A stretch of 63,798 bases of DNA, filler included, from Folioceros fuciformis (taxonomy: Eukaryota): the NCBI GenBank assembly GCA_049999805.1. It is 5 parts of 5 records of this genome, joined end to end, with 100 filler letters (N's around TTAATTAATTAA, not from the genome) between each part and the next. Parts side by side here need not be neighbours in the genome. Positions count along the whole stretch, not along the records: positions 42,580 to 51,228 come from JBNGIO010004605.1; positions 51,329 to 63,798 come from JBNGIO010004608.1; 3 more parts are not named here. The stretch is one strand, 5' to 3'. The first letter of the stretch is position 1. Every line of letters begins with the position of its first letter. Positions 47,653-59,897 of the stretch are shown here, in pieces. A program made the translations under genes and the position numbers. The notes beneath the pieces were generated by a model. It was not told where the DNA came from and searched no databases. It was given only the letters and a program-made list of their open reading frames with translations.

Positions 47653-50600
47653 TGTTAGAAATCAAGCTCTAACTGAATTGTTATTAAGAGCATACAACAC
47701 TTAGGATAGTGTAGATTATCCCATATTGAACTCGTAGTTATCTACCACCTAAGTGTTATCCGGATATATCAGGATATACCAGGGTATTGCACCTTCGAGA
47801 CTAAGGCTTACCTTATCGAGGGTTGTCCCGCCTGAAGGCTATATATGTAGCATCATGTGCACCATAAGTAAGGAACNNNNNNNNNNNNNNNNNNNNNNNN
47901 NNNNNNNNNNNNNNNNNNNNNNNNNNNNNNNNNNNNNNNNNNNNNNNNNNNNNNNNNNNNNNNNNNNNNNNNNNNNGGCGGCCATGGTGGCTATGGCGGG
48001 GGTTTGAGGCTATGGCCGTGAGTGTGAAGGTGGCTGGCAATGCAAGCCATTGAGAGGCGCAAGAGGCTCAGCGGCGTAGGCGGCGTAGGAAGCCGCAATA
48101 GGTGCCACAAGCGCAAGAGCGCGCGAAAGGCGGAGAGAGACTCAGGAGGAGCAGCAACTACTAGAGGCAACCAAGCCGTGGAAGCCATAGTAGGCCCAAG
48201 ATTTGCAAGGAGGAAGGCCTGAACTTGGCAAACAGTGTTTTGTTTTTTGAAACCTTAAGCAAAGGCTGTTTTTACTTAGCAAAGAGTCAACTGCACATTC
48301 AGGAATTGTTGAGATATGATTGAGGCTTGTGGAATGCTGGAGCTCTACAGCAGTGCAGGGAGTTGCACTCAAGATTGTCAAAAACATCTGTTGGAAGATA
48401 CATGAAAGTGTTTTGACAATTTGTTCACAAGGGACTTAGTGGCACAGCAAGCAAGACAAGGCAACTGACTTGAGGTGCATGACAAGTGTTGGTGCGTAAA
48501 GGAGCCTGAATCATGGCTAACGTGCAAGGATCAGACAATATCTCTCAGGTTGTGGGAGAGCAGTTGGATAACAAGAATTTTGCTTTGTGGAAGTTTAGGA
48601 TGAAGAACTTCTTGGTAGGTAGAGGCTATTGGGACCTCTGCACAGGTGATGAGAGTGAACCGGAGATGGATTGTACTCCATCACAGGAGCAAAAGACTGC
48701 TCACAAGCATTGGACTGAGAGAGCATGTAAAGTGTTACACTAGCTCTCCTTAAGTATTTCAGATGCTATGGTCATACAGATCACGAGATATGAATCTCCG
48801 AAGGATGCATGGGACATGCTCATAAGGAACTATGGGAATGTCACATGCTAGGAAAATCCAGTTGAAGCAGCAGTTCAACAACTTGTCACGAGGTAGCATA
48901 TCCATACTCGTGTATACAACAAAGGTGAAGACCATAGCTGATCAGCTTGCTACAATCGGTGCAAGTGTGACGGAAGATGACACGGTTGCGGTTACTCTAA
49001 ACGGACTTGGCAAGGAATACAAGTCCTTTGACACATCAATCTCTGTGAGAGCTGAGTCCCCAAGTTGGGATGAATTGGTTGCTTTGTTGCTGCATGAGGA
49101 AGTTAAGCTTGGTCTGAACACAGGTTCAGGTATGTCTCAAGGAAGAGACACTGTTTTGTTTTCTAACCAACGTGGGAGAGGCTATAGAGGTCGTGGTTCA
49201 TTCCAAGGACGGGATGATGCTTGGAACACACAAAATGAGCAAGACAATTGGCATGGAGGAAATGCGCAAGGCCAGAGAGGATCTGGAAGTTTCAGAGGCG
49301 TAGGTAGAGCCACAAGAGGAAGAGATGGTTCTTTTCAATCTCATGACCATTCCAATAGAGACAAGGAGTGTTACTACTATGGAAAGGTTGCTAAGGACAG
49401 CTATAAGCAGCAAGCACACATGAGAGGAAAAGGAAGGCAGCATGAGAACTATGCCTCCTCTAGTAATGCTGGAAATGACTGGGATAGGTTGTTTGCCATG
49501 CAACATCTCTCTGAATAGGATGGGTAGAATGATGAGAGATGGTACATTGATTCAGGAGCATCAAACCACATGACTCCGCATGGCGAGTGGTTTAACAAGA
49601 TGGATGCAGGTCCCCATGGTCATGTGTGTACAGGAGATGACACACAACATGACATAAAGCACGGAGGAATTGTTCCTCTTAGGATGCCGAATGACCAGCA
49701 GAAGACTCTGCAAGATGTGTTGCATGTTCCAACCATTACAAAGAACGTGTTGTCTGTTGGACAGATGGCTGAACAAAGTCTGCAGGTTCGATTCAATAAA
49801 GATGGATGCTTTATTGAAGAATATGACAGAGGGCGCAAACTAATTGCTAAAGGTAGTAAGAATGGACGGATGTTCACTCTATTTGCATCCATTCCAGAGC
49901 TAAATGCAGCAATGTTTACAAATGATGCATGTGCTATACGTGATGTTGAAATATGGCATAAGAGGATTGGGCATGTGAACATAGAGAAGCTGAAATCTAT
50001 GCAACTGGAAAAGCGTGGTGGACGGATTGCCCAAGTTCAAGTATGTTGATCTTGGTCATGTGTCTTCTGCATGTCAATTTAGAAAATAGTCAAGGTTTCC
50101 ATTTGTGTGACACGTGCAGAACAACTCGAGACCTTTGCAATTGATACACTCTGATGTATGGGGTCCTTCACAGAATGCATCATTTGGAGGAGCCCACTAC
50201 TATGTCTCCTTCATTGATGATTTCAGCCGGTACACGTAGCTGTACATACTGAAGCATAAGGATGAAGTGTTCAAGTCTTTCAAGGACTTCAAAAAGCATG
50301 CTGAAAATGACTTCAGCTGCTCCATCTCTTGTCTAAGATCATATGGAGGGGGAGAATATGTCTCAAATGAGTTTGACAGGTATCTTGCAGATCATGGTAT
50401 ACAAAGACAGCTAACTTGCAGATACACACCATAGCAGAATGATGTTGCAGAGAGGAAGAACAGGGTAATCATGGAAACAGCAAGGGTAATGCTGAATGAG
50501 AAGTGCTTACCTAATGATTATTGGGCATAAGCAGTGATGACATTAGTGTATGTACTGAATCGAACTCCTACGGCAGGAATTCATGATGCTACACCAATTG

Positions 50601-51228
50601 AGAGACTGTATGGCTATAAGCTGGATATTAGGCACTTGAAAGTATTTGGGTGCATTGCATATGTGCATGTACCTGATGAGAAGCGTAGGAAGCTGGATCC
50701 TAAAGTAGTGAAGAGTGTTTTTCTGGTGTATGCACGAAATAGGAAGGCATATAAGTGTTATGTGCCATCCACACATGAGATCTTGATAAGCAGGGATGTG
50801 GTATTTGATGAGTTAGCCTCCTGGTATAGCAACTCAATTGTACTACCCTATGACAAACCCACAGGGAAGAACACTGTTAAGCGTACTCCAGTAAAGAGTG
50901 AGGATGTGACCAATGGTGGATCACCAACGGTGAATCCATGGGCTGGAAGACTGCGGAATGGTAAACCCAAGATCACTGACCTAGACATGTTAGTGAGGGG
51001 GAGAGTAGAAAGCAGCAAAATTGGAAATGAGGGATATGAATCCTCAAGTAGTGAGAGCATTGACAGTGAGTTTGGCATTATGTCTGTGGAACCGCCAGGT
51101 GCTAAGGAGCAACGATATGCAAGGGAGGTTCAAACTGAACCAAGACCAAGGAGATTTGAGAGGGTTAGGAAACCTATTGATAGAGACACCTATACGAGCT
51201 ACAATGTGCAACATTATGTGTATATGAC
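47653..51228 (+). mobile_element. Degenerate Ty1/copia element: probable 5' LTR start, gag, PR, GAG-pre-integrase, integrase; truncated by a gap
   Basis: TGTTAGAAAT at 47653; LDNKNFALWKFRMKNFL; LNGLGKEYKSF; WYIDSGASNHMT; WHKRIGH; IHSDVWGP; HLKVFGCIAYVHVPDEKRRKLDPK; SRDVVFDE; many in-frame stops. Confidence 0.93.
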
Positions 51229-51328
51229 NNNNNNNNNNNNNNNNNNNNNNNNNNNNNNNNNNNNNNNNNNNNTTAATTAATTAANNNNNNNNNNNNNNNN
51301 NNNNNNNNNNNNNNNNNNNNNNNNNNNN

Positions 51329-51390
51329 ATGTATGTATGTATGTATGTATGTATGTATGTATGTATGTATGTATGCACATACATACATAC
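51329..51390. repeat. (ATGT)n followed by (ACAT)n microsatellite
   Basis: ATGT about 11 copies, then CATACATACATAC; the two tracts are mutually complementary. Confidence 0.9.
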
Positions 51391-51619
51391 TGCAAGTGCC
51401 ACCACCTTAACGGCTACCGCTGTACAGTGAATGTGACTCGTCAGTGAGGACGAGGGGCCTACTTTTATTGGCTGTCACCAGGCGTGTCTTCTCCGCAGCG
51501 TAATCGGTTGAACGGACAGGGCCCATTCGGGTAGTGAAACAAAGGCGGGAGAAGGGGAAGAGGAAACGGCACCCCGGCGCTCCCAAGTTCCATCCGGACG
51601 CTACGAGTGGGGAGGGAAT

Positions 51620-52510
51620 ATGAAGCGCATAGTTAAGACCGACCGAGGCCGAGGCACGGCTGCTTTACACGACCTCTTCTTTGCTAATCAAGCTCCAGAG
51701 CAGGCCGCGGTGAGTGAGCACAGAGCAGAAAGCGTGGGTGGCGTCGGGACGTGCAGAACAGCATTACTCCGTCATTTATTACATTGGTACGGGAGAGACA
51801 GCATGGAGTGTTACGCGATATCGAGGATGCCAATCTTCCTTTTGGTGGAATGGGATTGGTTTCCTCCGGACGATCTGTTTCTCGTCGAGTACACGGACAC
51901 AAGGAGGGTCGTGAGGGCCTACACCTCCCAGCTGGAAGCACAATCAGCTGCCCTGTTGGCATTCCACGAGTTCGCCGAGCACTGGGGAGGCAAACCAGAG
52001 TTGTACGACCAAGATCCTCGCATCCTGGAGGAGAATTGGAGCAGCATTATGGAAGTAGAGGACCAGTACGAAGCCATGGTGGAGTGCTTGAGGGCGTGGA
52101 AGGATAACCGGTTGGAGCATCCTTATGGCACGATGTATGAGGTGGAAAGGATGACTTTACCACCGGAATCGTGGAATCTTAGTCCACCATTTTCCGTGTT
52201 TGCGGTGGGGAAGACTCGCCTCCCGAACGTGTATAACCACACATTTGATCCCTTGCACGGTTGCGTCTCCATTCTGTCTCTGCATGTAGACGAGCTTGAA
52301 GCGCTGGAGGAAGCTGTCTCCCGGTACGAGGATCACGTTTCGAGAACTGGACAGGAGAAGCTCCGGGATGCGATTGAAGGATGGGAATGTATGAAATCGA
52401 TGCAGAGGTACAGGACTATGTTGAAGCGTGAAGTGGGGAGAGACCTGAAGGAGTCTGCATACCCCGAATTTGGTGTCATCTTCCCTGTCATGCAGATCGT
52501 CGTCACGTAA
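51620..52510 (+). CDS. Orphan protein of unknown function (296 aa ORF; possibly 235 aa from ATG 51803)
   Basis: Long stop-free ORF with globular composition; possible 92-nt intron 51710-51801 (GTGAGT...CAG) just before ATG 51803; two-fold internal repeat. Confidence 0.6.
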   Translation: MKRIVKTDRGRGTAALHDLFFANQAPEQAAVSEHRAESVGGVGTCRTALLRHLLHWYGRDSMECYAISRMPIFLLVEWDWFPPDDLFLVEYTDTRRVVRAYTSQLEAQSAALLAFHEFAEHWGGKPELYDQDPRILEENWSSIMEVEDQYEAMVECLRAWKDNRLEHPYGTMYEVERMTLPPESWNLSPPFSVFAVGKTRLPNVYNHTFDPLHGCVSILSLHVDELEALEEAVSRYEDHVSRTGQEKLRDAIEGWECMKSMQRYRTMLKREVGRDLKESAYPEFGVIFPVMQIVVT

Positions 52511-53375
52511 CCTCAATTGAACTCTTGATGACCAGCACTGCCAATTATTGAATATGTTTCCAACCTGGCTGCGACAATCTGTACTTCGTGCTTTTCCTCT
52601 TCAAGAATCATGAATCACTCTCTGCATGAGAGCGAGCAATGCTCTCTTCTGTCTGTGTCCATGCTTACTTTATGCTGCCTTACGCTTACTTACTACCCCG
52701 CGTCAAGCGAGCCACCGTCATACCGTCGTCCAACAAGTAAGCACAATTACTTCCAGTTGCCTACTTGACCGCACAGCAAGCAGGATTTCGGTGTTGTTGC
52801 ACGGGCCATACGTCACTAGGGTCATGAACATCCCAGAGAAGTTTGAGAAAGGGAGAAACGGCTATCCCGAATGGAGACACGTTTATGAGAATTTTGGAAT
52901 TAAATGTGCTGCTCTTAGATTTAGACTGCGTTTAGATGGATATTGCGAAGGATCCCCAGGGAAGATGTCTGGAGAAGATAGATAGGTATGTGTATTTTGA
53001 ACTCTAATACACTTTGTACATTGTGAACTCTAATAGACTTTGAACTGTGTCATCTCCTCACTCCAATAGAATTCTGTGTCTTTCTCTCGCCATTTCCCTT
53101 TTCTATGTTATCTTCGGGCATTCCGTTCGAATCCAAAGTTGACTTCCTCGAAATTGGGTTAAAGGGAAAACATGTGAAGGCCAAGACAAACAGGCGGATA
53201 TGCCGCCAATTGACTCGGGCTGCGTGCAATTTGCTTGGCGAAGTGAACTAGGCAACAATTAACACCAGGCCATTGCTATTACGGTGTGCAGCGCTTAAAA
53301 ACTGTCCGCCCTCACATGGCCTAAGCCATTTGGACACGCGTACCCGAGATGATGCGTTACCTCCATGGCAAGGGT

Positions 53376-53570
53376 AAAGCTCAGTGATCTAAGTTATGGC
53401 CCAAGTCTGCCCAAAGCTCAGTGCTCTAAGTTATGCGTAGTCCAAGCCCACCTAAAAGCTAAGTGATTTAAGTTAGGGTCCAAGCCTAGCCAAAAGCTCA
53501 GTGATCTGAGTTATGGTCCAAGTCTTGAAAAAGCTCCGTGATCTAGGTTATAATCCAAGTATTGCCAAAA
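53376..53570. repeat. About 37-43 bp tandem repeat, 5 copies
   Basis: AAAGCTCAGTGATCTAAGTTATGG.CCAAG at ~53376, 53413, 53456, 53493 and 53530. Confidence 0.85.
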
Positions 53571-54042
53571 GCACAGCCAGTTTTGCGCATTGCACAGGCC
53601 CCGGCAAACAGATCGCGCTGCATTGGCGAACAAGCATGGCTAAATCTGCTCATACGCTCTGGAAGCTCAACTCCGTATCATCGCACCTTAGTGGGCACGG
53701 CGAGAATAGAGTTCCAGGACTGCTTCATAGCGAATGTGCGTTACGACCTCAAGTTCATCCGCCATGTCGCAACGGAAACCACACCATGAGGACAACCATC
53801 CACGCGCAAGTAAAGATGAATGGAAGACAGGCTTGTGCCTCCTTGTCACCTGTGGAGAGTGACAGAAGGCATGGAAGTGTTGTAAGATACGCAGTTCAGC
53901 AGGCAAGGAAACAACATCAATCTCTCAGCAACAAGTCTCTAGCAAATACATAAATCTGACATATACTCATTGGTTTGAGGAAATATACCTGCATAACTTT
54001 CCACAGTCTGATATAAGAAACAGGAACCCAACCAGAGTACGT

Positions 54043-57000
54043 CTACAAAATTTTCAAGCACCAGTCTCGAGATATAGGGAGGTTCGGGGCTCTGATCGTC
54101 ACGACAGAAGACTTTCCCTGTCCTTTCCGTTGAAGAGGGGAATCAACTTCCACAACTACTGAGCTACCTGACTTTTCCAGTACTGCTTCATGGTTGCTCT
54201 TGTAATCCTTAGGGTTCAATCCATGGATTATGATCCGTTCAACTACACAAGGTGTTGAGAAGACCAGAGCACCACTCGAGGCAGTAGTAGACACCTTTGA
54301 CGAACAAAGTCGACCATTGCTGTATTTAAAAGCGCGATGAATGAAAGCACCTTGCTCAAATTCATAGCTCTTACCATCATCAATGTAAAGCTCACCCTCA
54401 GCCTGAGAGAATGCGTTCAAGGCAACAACCTGGGCATCAAGCAAATGTCAGATAACAATCTGAGAGAAATGATTCTAACGTAGGAAGGCACCTGATGAGT
54501 TATTTACAAGAGTGTACGGATCCTTCTCCATTTGAGTTGAGCTGCGTCGAACTCTATCTTTGCGGGGAATGATAGTACCAGCTCGTTGGAAAACAGGGAT
54601 TGTCTCAAGTGACACTGATATTTTGTGTTCTCGCCCTCCTTCATAGAGAGCTCCAGAGTTGTACCCATACCAGGGGGCAGTGCCAGGAAGGTACACAGAC
54701 TCTGACGTGGCTCCCTAAAGACGAAAACAGGGTCATCCCAAAGAGTACTCATCCATATCGACCACCATCATGGATTTGATACCAGCACAACCAGAAGAGA
54801 CAGTGAGAAAGAGTTCATACCTTTGAGTACACCCCATGAACCAATAAACTGTCGCCCACCAGGAACTCATCATCAATGGAATAAGACCCCTTGTCCTCTG
54901 GAAACTCCATCCACAGAGGCCGCGCTACTGGAAGTCCGCTCACACTGGCTTCCCGGAAAAGTGTGTAGTACAGAGGAAGAAGTGCATACCGAGTGCGGAT
55001 AGCCTCTCGAATAATAGAAGTATATGGCTCCCTGCAACGGTTTGGCAGTGGACAATTGTCATTCCAATGAGTATGCGCAACCACAAAACAGTTTCAAACT
55101 TGGTTGGGAAAAAGAAGGGGACATGCCCAAAAAGCCAAGGCTCCCTTCTTTTGGTGTCCAGGTGAGCATGCGCACGGAAAAAGGGGTAAAAAGCCCCTAA
55201 TTGATAAAATCGTGCCAGTAGTTCGGGTTCCGGGTTTCCAAAAAATCCTCCAACATCAGCCCCTACAAGAACATAGCCACTGTCAGACAGTAAAACAGAG
55301 AATATTCCATCAAAGCACCGGGAAAGGTTACGAAGCAAACTAGGGAAATCGAACCCAAAAACATATGATTATCAGAAACCAATTCAATGCATCACACCTG
55401 TGAACGCAATTGCTGCGACACCAGAACTCAAGATCATGGGAACAGAAACACGAAGGTGGTCCCAGTCTCCTGTGTTGTCTCCCGTCCACACGGGACCAAT
55501 TTTCTGGGTGCCAGCAAAGAAAGCCCTTGAGAGGACAAAGGGCCTGTCCGCTCCGCCATTCCTCTTCACAAGGCCATCTGCTGACGCCATATGGAAATAA
55601 TACCCATACGCATTGTGCAAGTTCCGGTGTTCTACATTTCCAAAGTGAACATTATCCCGGGGCATGGTTGCCTGCGAACAAAGTAGAAGAAAAACAAAAC
55701 CTTGAGTAGATGACGCAAACAAGATGGACATCGACAAGACTTCAGTTGACATCTGTTACCTCTGGCCCGTTGAAGACAGATGGTTCATTCATGTCATTCC
55801 AGATATACAGGCTAGGTGTGGACCCCAAATAACTGCTGTAGGAGAATTTTCCTGCCCACCAATCACGGATTTCGGGACTTAGCATATCCAGGTACGATGA
55901 AGCTCCAGGCCAGCACCATCCGTTATAATCATTTCCGTTCTTATCTTTGACATAGTAACCCTTGTTCGTTGCCTCCTTGTGCAGGGGAAAATTGTCGTCT
56001 CTTCTAATATGAGGGTCAACAATTGCGACCATATGCCGTCCCTTAGCAACCAGCTTGTTCTGCATTGCTGTTGGGTCAGGGAACAAAATAGTATCCCAAG
56101 TGAAATACCTCTTCCCATCAGTATGCTCGATATCCAGCCAAAGAACATCATAAGGAATGTCATACTCGTCAAATTTGGCATCCACGTCAGCAACATCGGC
56201 CTCGTCCCTGTAGTTCCATCGGCATTGGTGGTAAGCTATGGAGAAGAGCTGCGGAAGTCTGGTGGTGCCAGTGACAGAAGCGTACTGCTTCACGACATCC
56301 TTAGGTCCAGGTCCCACAAACATGAAGACATCCAGCATCCCGCTTTCCGCCGTCCACAGAGTATCGATTCCCGAACCCTGAGCTTCGATGCCAGAGCTAA
56401 TCCGGCCCCCGTCACCATTCTCGTCCCCAGACACCTCTTGCACTAACACATCCTGGTCCCAACCAGGCGCCATCACGTCAATCTGCATCTCAGCTGCATT
56501 AAGCCAGAAGAAGCCGGAAGAGCCGTCAGTCCCGTGTGACAACATGAACGGCACCGATCCATACAGTCCGAAGGGCGAATCATGGATATACTCAAAAACA
56601 TCGAGATTGAAGAGGCGGTATGGCTCCGACTGGATCCCCGGGCCCCGAGTCGGTCTAAGAGGCAGGCTGGAAGCATGCTCGGGAATGCCGTACACATGCT
56701 CTGCACCATGGAAAGTAACATCCAGAGCAATGGACTGAGGACCATTTGGCCTGGAATCCGTCACAGACCGGAACGTCTCCTCCCAATTATCTCCCTCCTG
56801 CCGGTCCCGCAGATGATCCATATGGAACAGACCCTTGCCATTGATGGATACCAGCTTCTCCTTCCGGCCCTCGCTGTGCCGTACGTGCACCTGGAAGGGG
56901 CGATGCTGCAGCACGATCTCGTGCTCCGGCGAGAGGTACGCCACCGAGAATCCATCCTCGTCCGCAATGCGATGCAGCCACAGTCTCTTCCGGTCTAAAT

Positions 57001-57343
57001 CCGCCTCCAGCACGTCCGGCACCTCGAATCTGCGCTTCCCTGAGGGGAGGCTCTCCTCCTGCACTCGCAGCCTCACAATGCCGTCCTTGTACACCGAGAC
57101 CTTGAGCACCAGCGCATCCCCGCCTCCTTCCGGCACAACCCTGGCCCGCAGACGGCCCTGGCTCAGGCTCACATCCTGCACCACAAGGCCGCTGCTCCCC
57201 GGAGCCCTCTCCCGCGCCTCTTTACAGAACGGCGCTTGATGACACTTGCGAAATTCATTCTCCTTCCAAGAAACCGCGGTGCCGCACAGCAGCAGCAGCA
57301 GCAGTGAGAAGCCGGCCAGGCCTCCTCCTCCTCGCGAGACCAT
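54043..57343 (-). CDS. RSW3: ER glucosidase II alpha subunit (GH31; RSW3/PSL5 orthologue), about 6 exons
   Basis: Signal peptide then [69 protein letters not shown] (nucleophile); WTGDN (acid/base); [27 protein letters not shown]. Confidence 0.96.
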
Positions 57344-57700
57344 GGCATCCCAAGCTCGCCAGATGCGAGCCGCAGGACTCGATTCTACATTTCCCAAACT
57401 AGACTATTGCTAAATGTTCTTTGACCAGTACTGCGTGTTTCCCGAGGGGAGTCTTTCGCGCAAAGAGCGCTTTTATTTATTTGTCTCAAACCAAGGAGAC
57501 TTTATTATAAAAGATGAGATGGGGAACGGGCACAGCCCAGGGCACTACTTAGTCCGTGTGTTGAAACCTACGCAAATTATCAATTGTTCAAAGATCTTTG
57601 TAATCCTGCTTACCCACCACCCGAACTTAAGTAGTGCTTCCCTGCACTCACTAAGATCTTGTAAGGGGCATTATCCAACACCAACGGAAGGGGGCATACC

Positions 57701-58399
57701 AGTAACGCCCCTTTCCTTGTGCAGCGTAAAAGGAAGCAACGGCCTTGAATCTCGTCTAAACACTCCGCAGCGCTCCACTTACAAATCACTCAAATCTCGT
57801 CTAAACACTCCGCAGCGCTTCACTTACAAATCACTCACTCCTTCTCACACGACTCAGCGCTAGGCTCCAAGTAGCCCGCTGTCCACTGACGACTCGCAGA
57901 CCACCTCCTCTACCCGCTGTCCACTGACGACTCGCAGACCACCTCCTCTAGGTGCTGCTCTTTATTCCCGATACTTACAAAAGAGTCTGGCGATCTACGC
58001 CCCACTGGCTACTGCCCACTGGCTACTGCCCTAGACTCTATCTGACAAGCTTGCTCGTCAAGCCTTCCACAGCTATGCCTCCAGGCTACACTTCTCACTG
58101 TCTGCCCCTTTCTGTATTAGTGTATCACAGTATATCCTTAAGACCCTAACACTAGCCTATTTATACTCCACAGCTAAGCCACTGCTATTGCTGGGAATGA
58201 TACACACCACTCATCTTAGACTACTAGTGATCATTACAACTCCATCCTTCTTAGGAGGTTTTGCCTGGAACACACATTTTGTTTCCAAAGGCAGCAAGAA
58301 GCATACTTGTTTCTTCATCAATGCAGCTCTAGATTTAGCTTTCACCTTTCTACTTTTAACTTTCACGTTGTTTCACTTATGCCACCTTATGCCATTACT
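57701..58399 (-). mobile_element. Solo LTR (699 bp) of the same gypsy family, AGTAA...TTACT termini, 5-bp TSD
   Basis: ATACC at 57696-57700 and 58400-58404; colinear homology to 37428-38296. Confidence 0.92.
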
Positions 58400-58674
58400 A
58401 TACCCAAGCTTAAGACGTGGTACATAGCATTAGCCAAAAACGAAAGATGATATCCTTTGCCTAAAGCACGCAATATATAGCACACAATGAGGACCACCAT
58501 AAGCCTTGGTGCATACATTGGCAAACTTATTAAAACCCTTATCCATGATCATCAAGTCTAGATGGCCAATGGGATGAATGAGTTGTCATTGTGCATAGGA
58601 AAGTATTTGTGGACCTTCATTATTGTGCAACCCTATACTACCCATCTCAACGTGTTTACAATAGTATGTCCATA

Positions 58675-59099
58675 CATTATGTCCCTGGTTGGATTAGACG
58701 GGCATACTTTCATCCCTTTGCTCTTGAGAATGTTCATACATTATGTCCCTAGTTGGATTAGACGGGCATACTTTCATCCCCTTTGCTCTTNNNNNNNNNN
58801 TGTCCCTAGTTGGATTAGACGGGCATACTTTCATCCCCTTTGCTCTTGAGAATCATGGAGCTATGGACAAGGACTTTTCAAGGATTCATGGAGCTATGGG
58901 CAAGGACTTTTCAAGGTTTATCAAGGAGTGCGCCAAGGTTTATCAGAGCAATAGGAATGGTGTTCTCCCTCTTTCCTCAGAGGTGGTCTTCTTTCGACAA
59001 TGTGTATCCATTGCTTTGCAACGAGCATTGGCCAATGCAGTTTTTAGAACAGCAACAAGCACAGATCAAAGTGGCTTCTTCGGCATCAAAGGTAGGTAG
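58675..59099 (+). mobile_element. Remnant of a CRE/R2-like non-LTR retrotransposon C-terminus (restriction-like endonuclease region)
   Basis: GHTFIPFALENHGAM...FIKECAK...FFRQCVSIALQRALANAV resembles the FxPFAxExxG...QRxSxxLQRxxA tail of RLE-clade elements; local tandem duplications. Confidence 0.6.
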
Positions 59100-59344
59100 G
59101 CCTTTTGTTATTCCACATCATGACATTTTGGGAGCAGTAGATGAAGCGGCTTCTTCGACACCGGTGGTAAGTAGGCCTTTTTTTATTCCACAGCATGACA
59201 TTTTGGGAGCAGTAGGTAGTTTTTGAAAATGATATTCACAGGGGAGAGTACCTCTTTTTGCCTTTGGCCCTAATGGGGTTGTTCCTCTAATCTTTGGAGT
59301 AGATGGGACTTTGCATCTCTTTTCCAATCATAGAAAATACGCGA

Positions 59345-59798
59345 TGTTGGATTAGTAACAATCATATTTGCTCCAAGTCAGGAATAAGATCGTCAAAAAG
59401 GAAACCCCAGTAAGCAAGATTTAGAGGTGCTCCTTGAATGGAAAAACTTGTCTTCCCTAACAATGGAGACCATGAAGTTGTGTACAACATCATGCATAGC
59501 AACACACTACCCATGTATAGTGTGTCCCACAACATTTAGTGTGTTCCATAGTCATCAAGAAGGCCCACGTAGCAACAAGTTGAAAGGAAGCAAATTGAAG
59601 GATGTAACAGTATTCAGAGGCTGCCATCCGCGCAGGCAGATGCGCGAGCCGTGGCTGGAAACAAAAACGCGCCCGTAGGCAGAAAACCGTGTGTTCATTA
59701 GGGTGCAACAGAAAACATATGTACAGAGGAAATGTAACGGTTTCGGAATGCCGGACTACGGTAGCAACTAAATTGTTTGGTTACAAATCTGTCTACCA
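59345..59798 (-). mobile_element. Probable 3' LTR of the minus-strand copia
   Basis: Minus-strand PPT AAGTGGGAGTGA followed by TGGTAGAC; candidate end TCCAACA at 59345. Confidence 0.55.
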
Positions 59799-59897
59799 TC
59801 ACTCCCACTTAGTTCTAGTGTAGTCCGCTAATAACAAATCTGAATCCTTAGACTGAACAGAGTGAATGTAATGCGTGAACTCCATCGAAAATGGATC

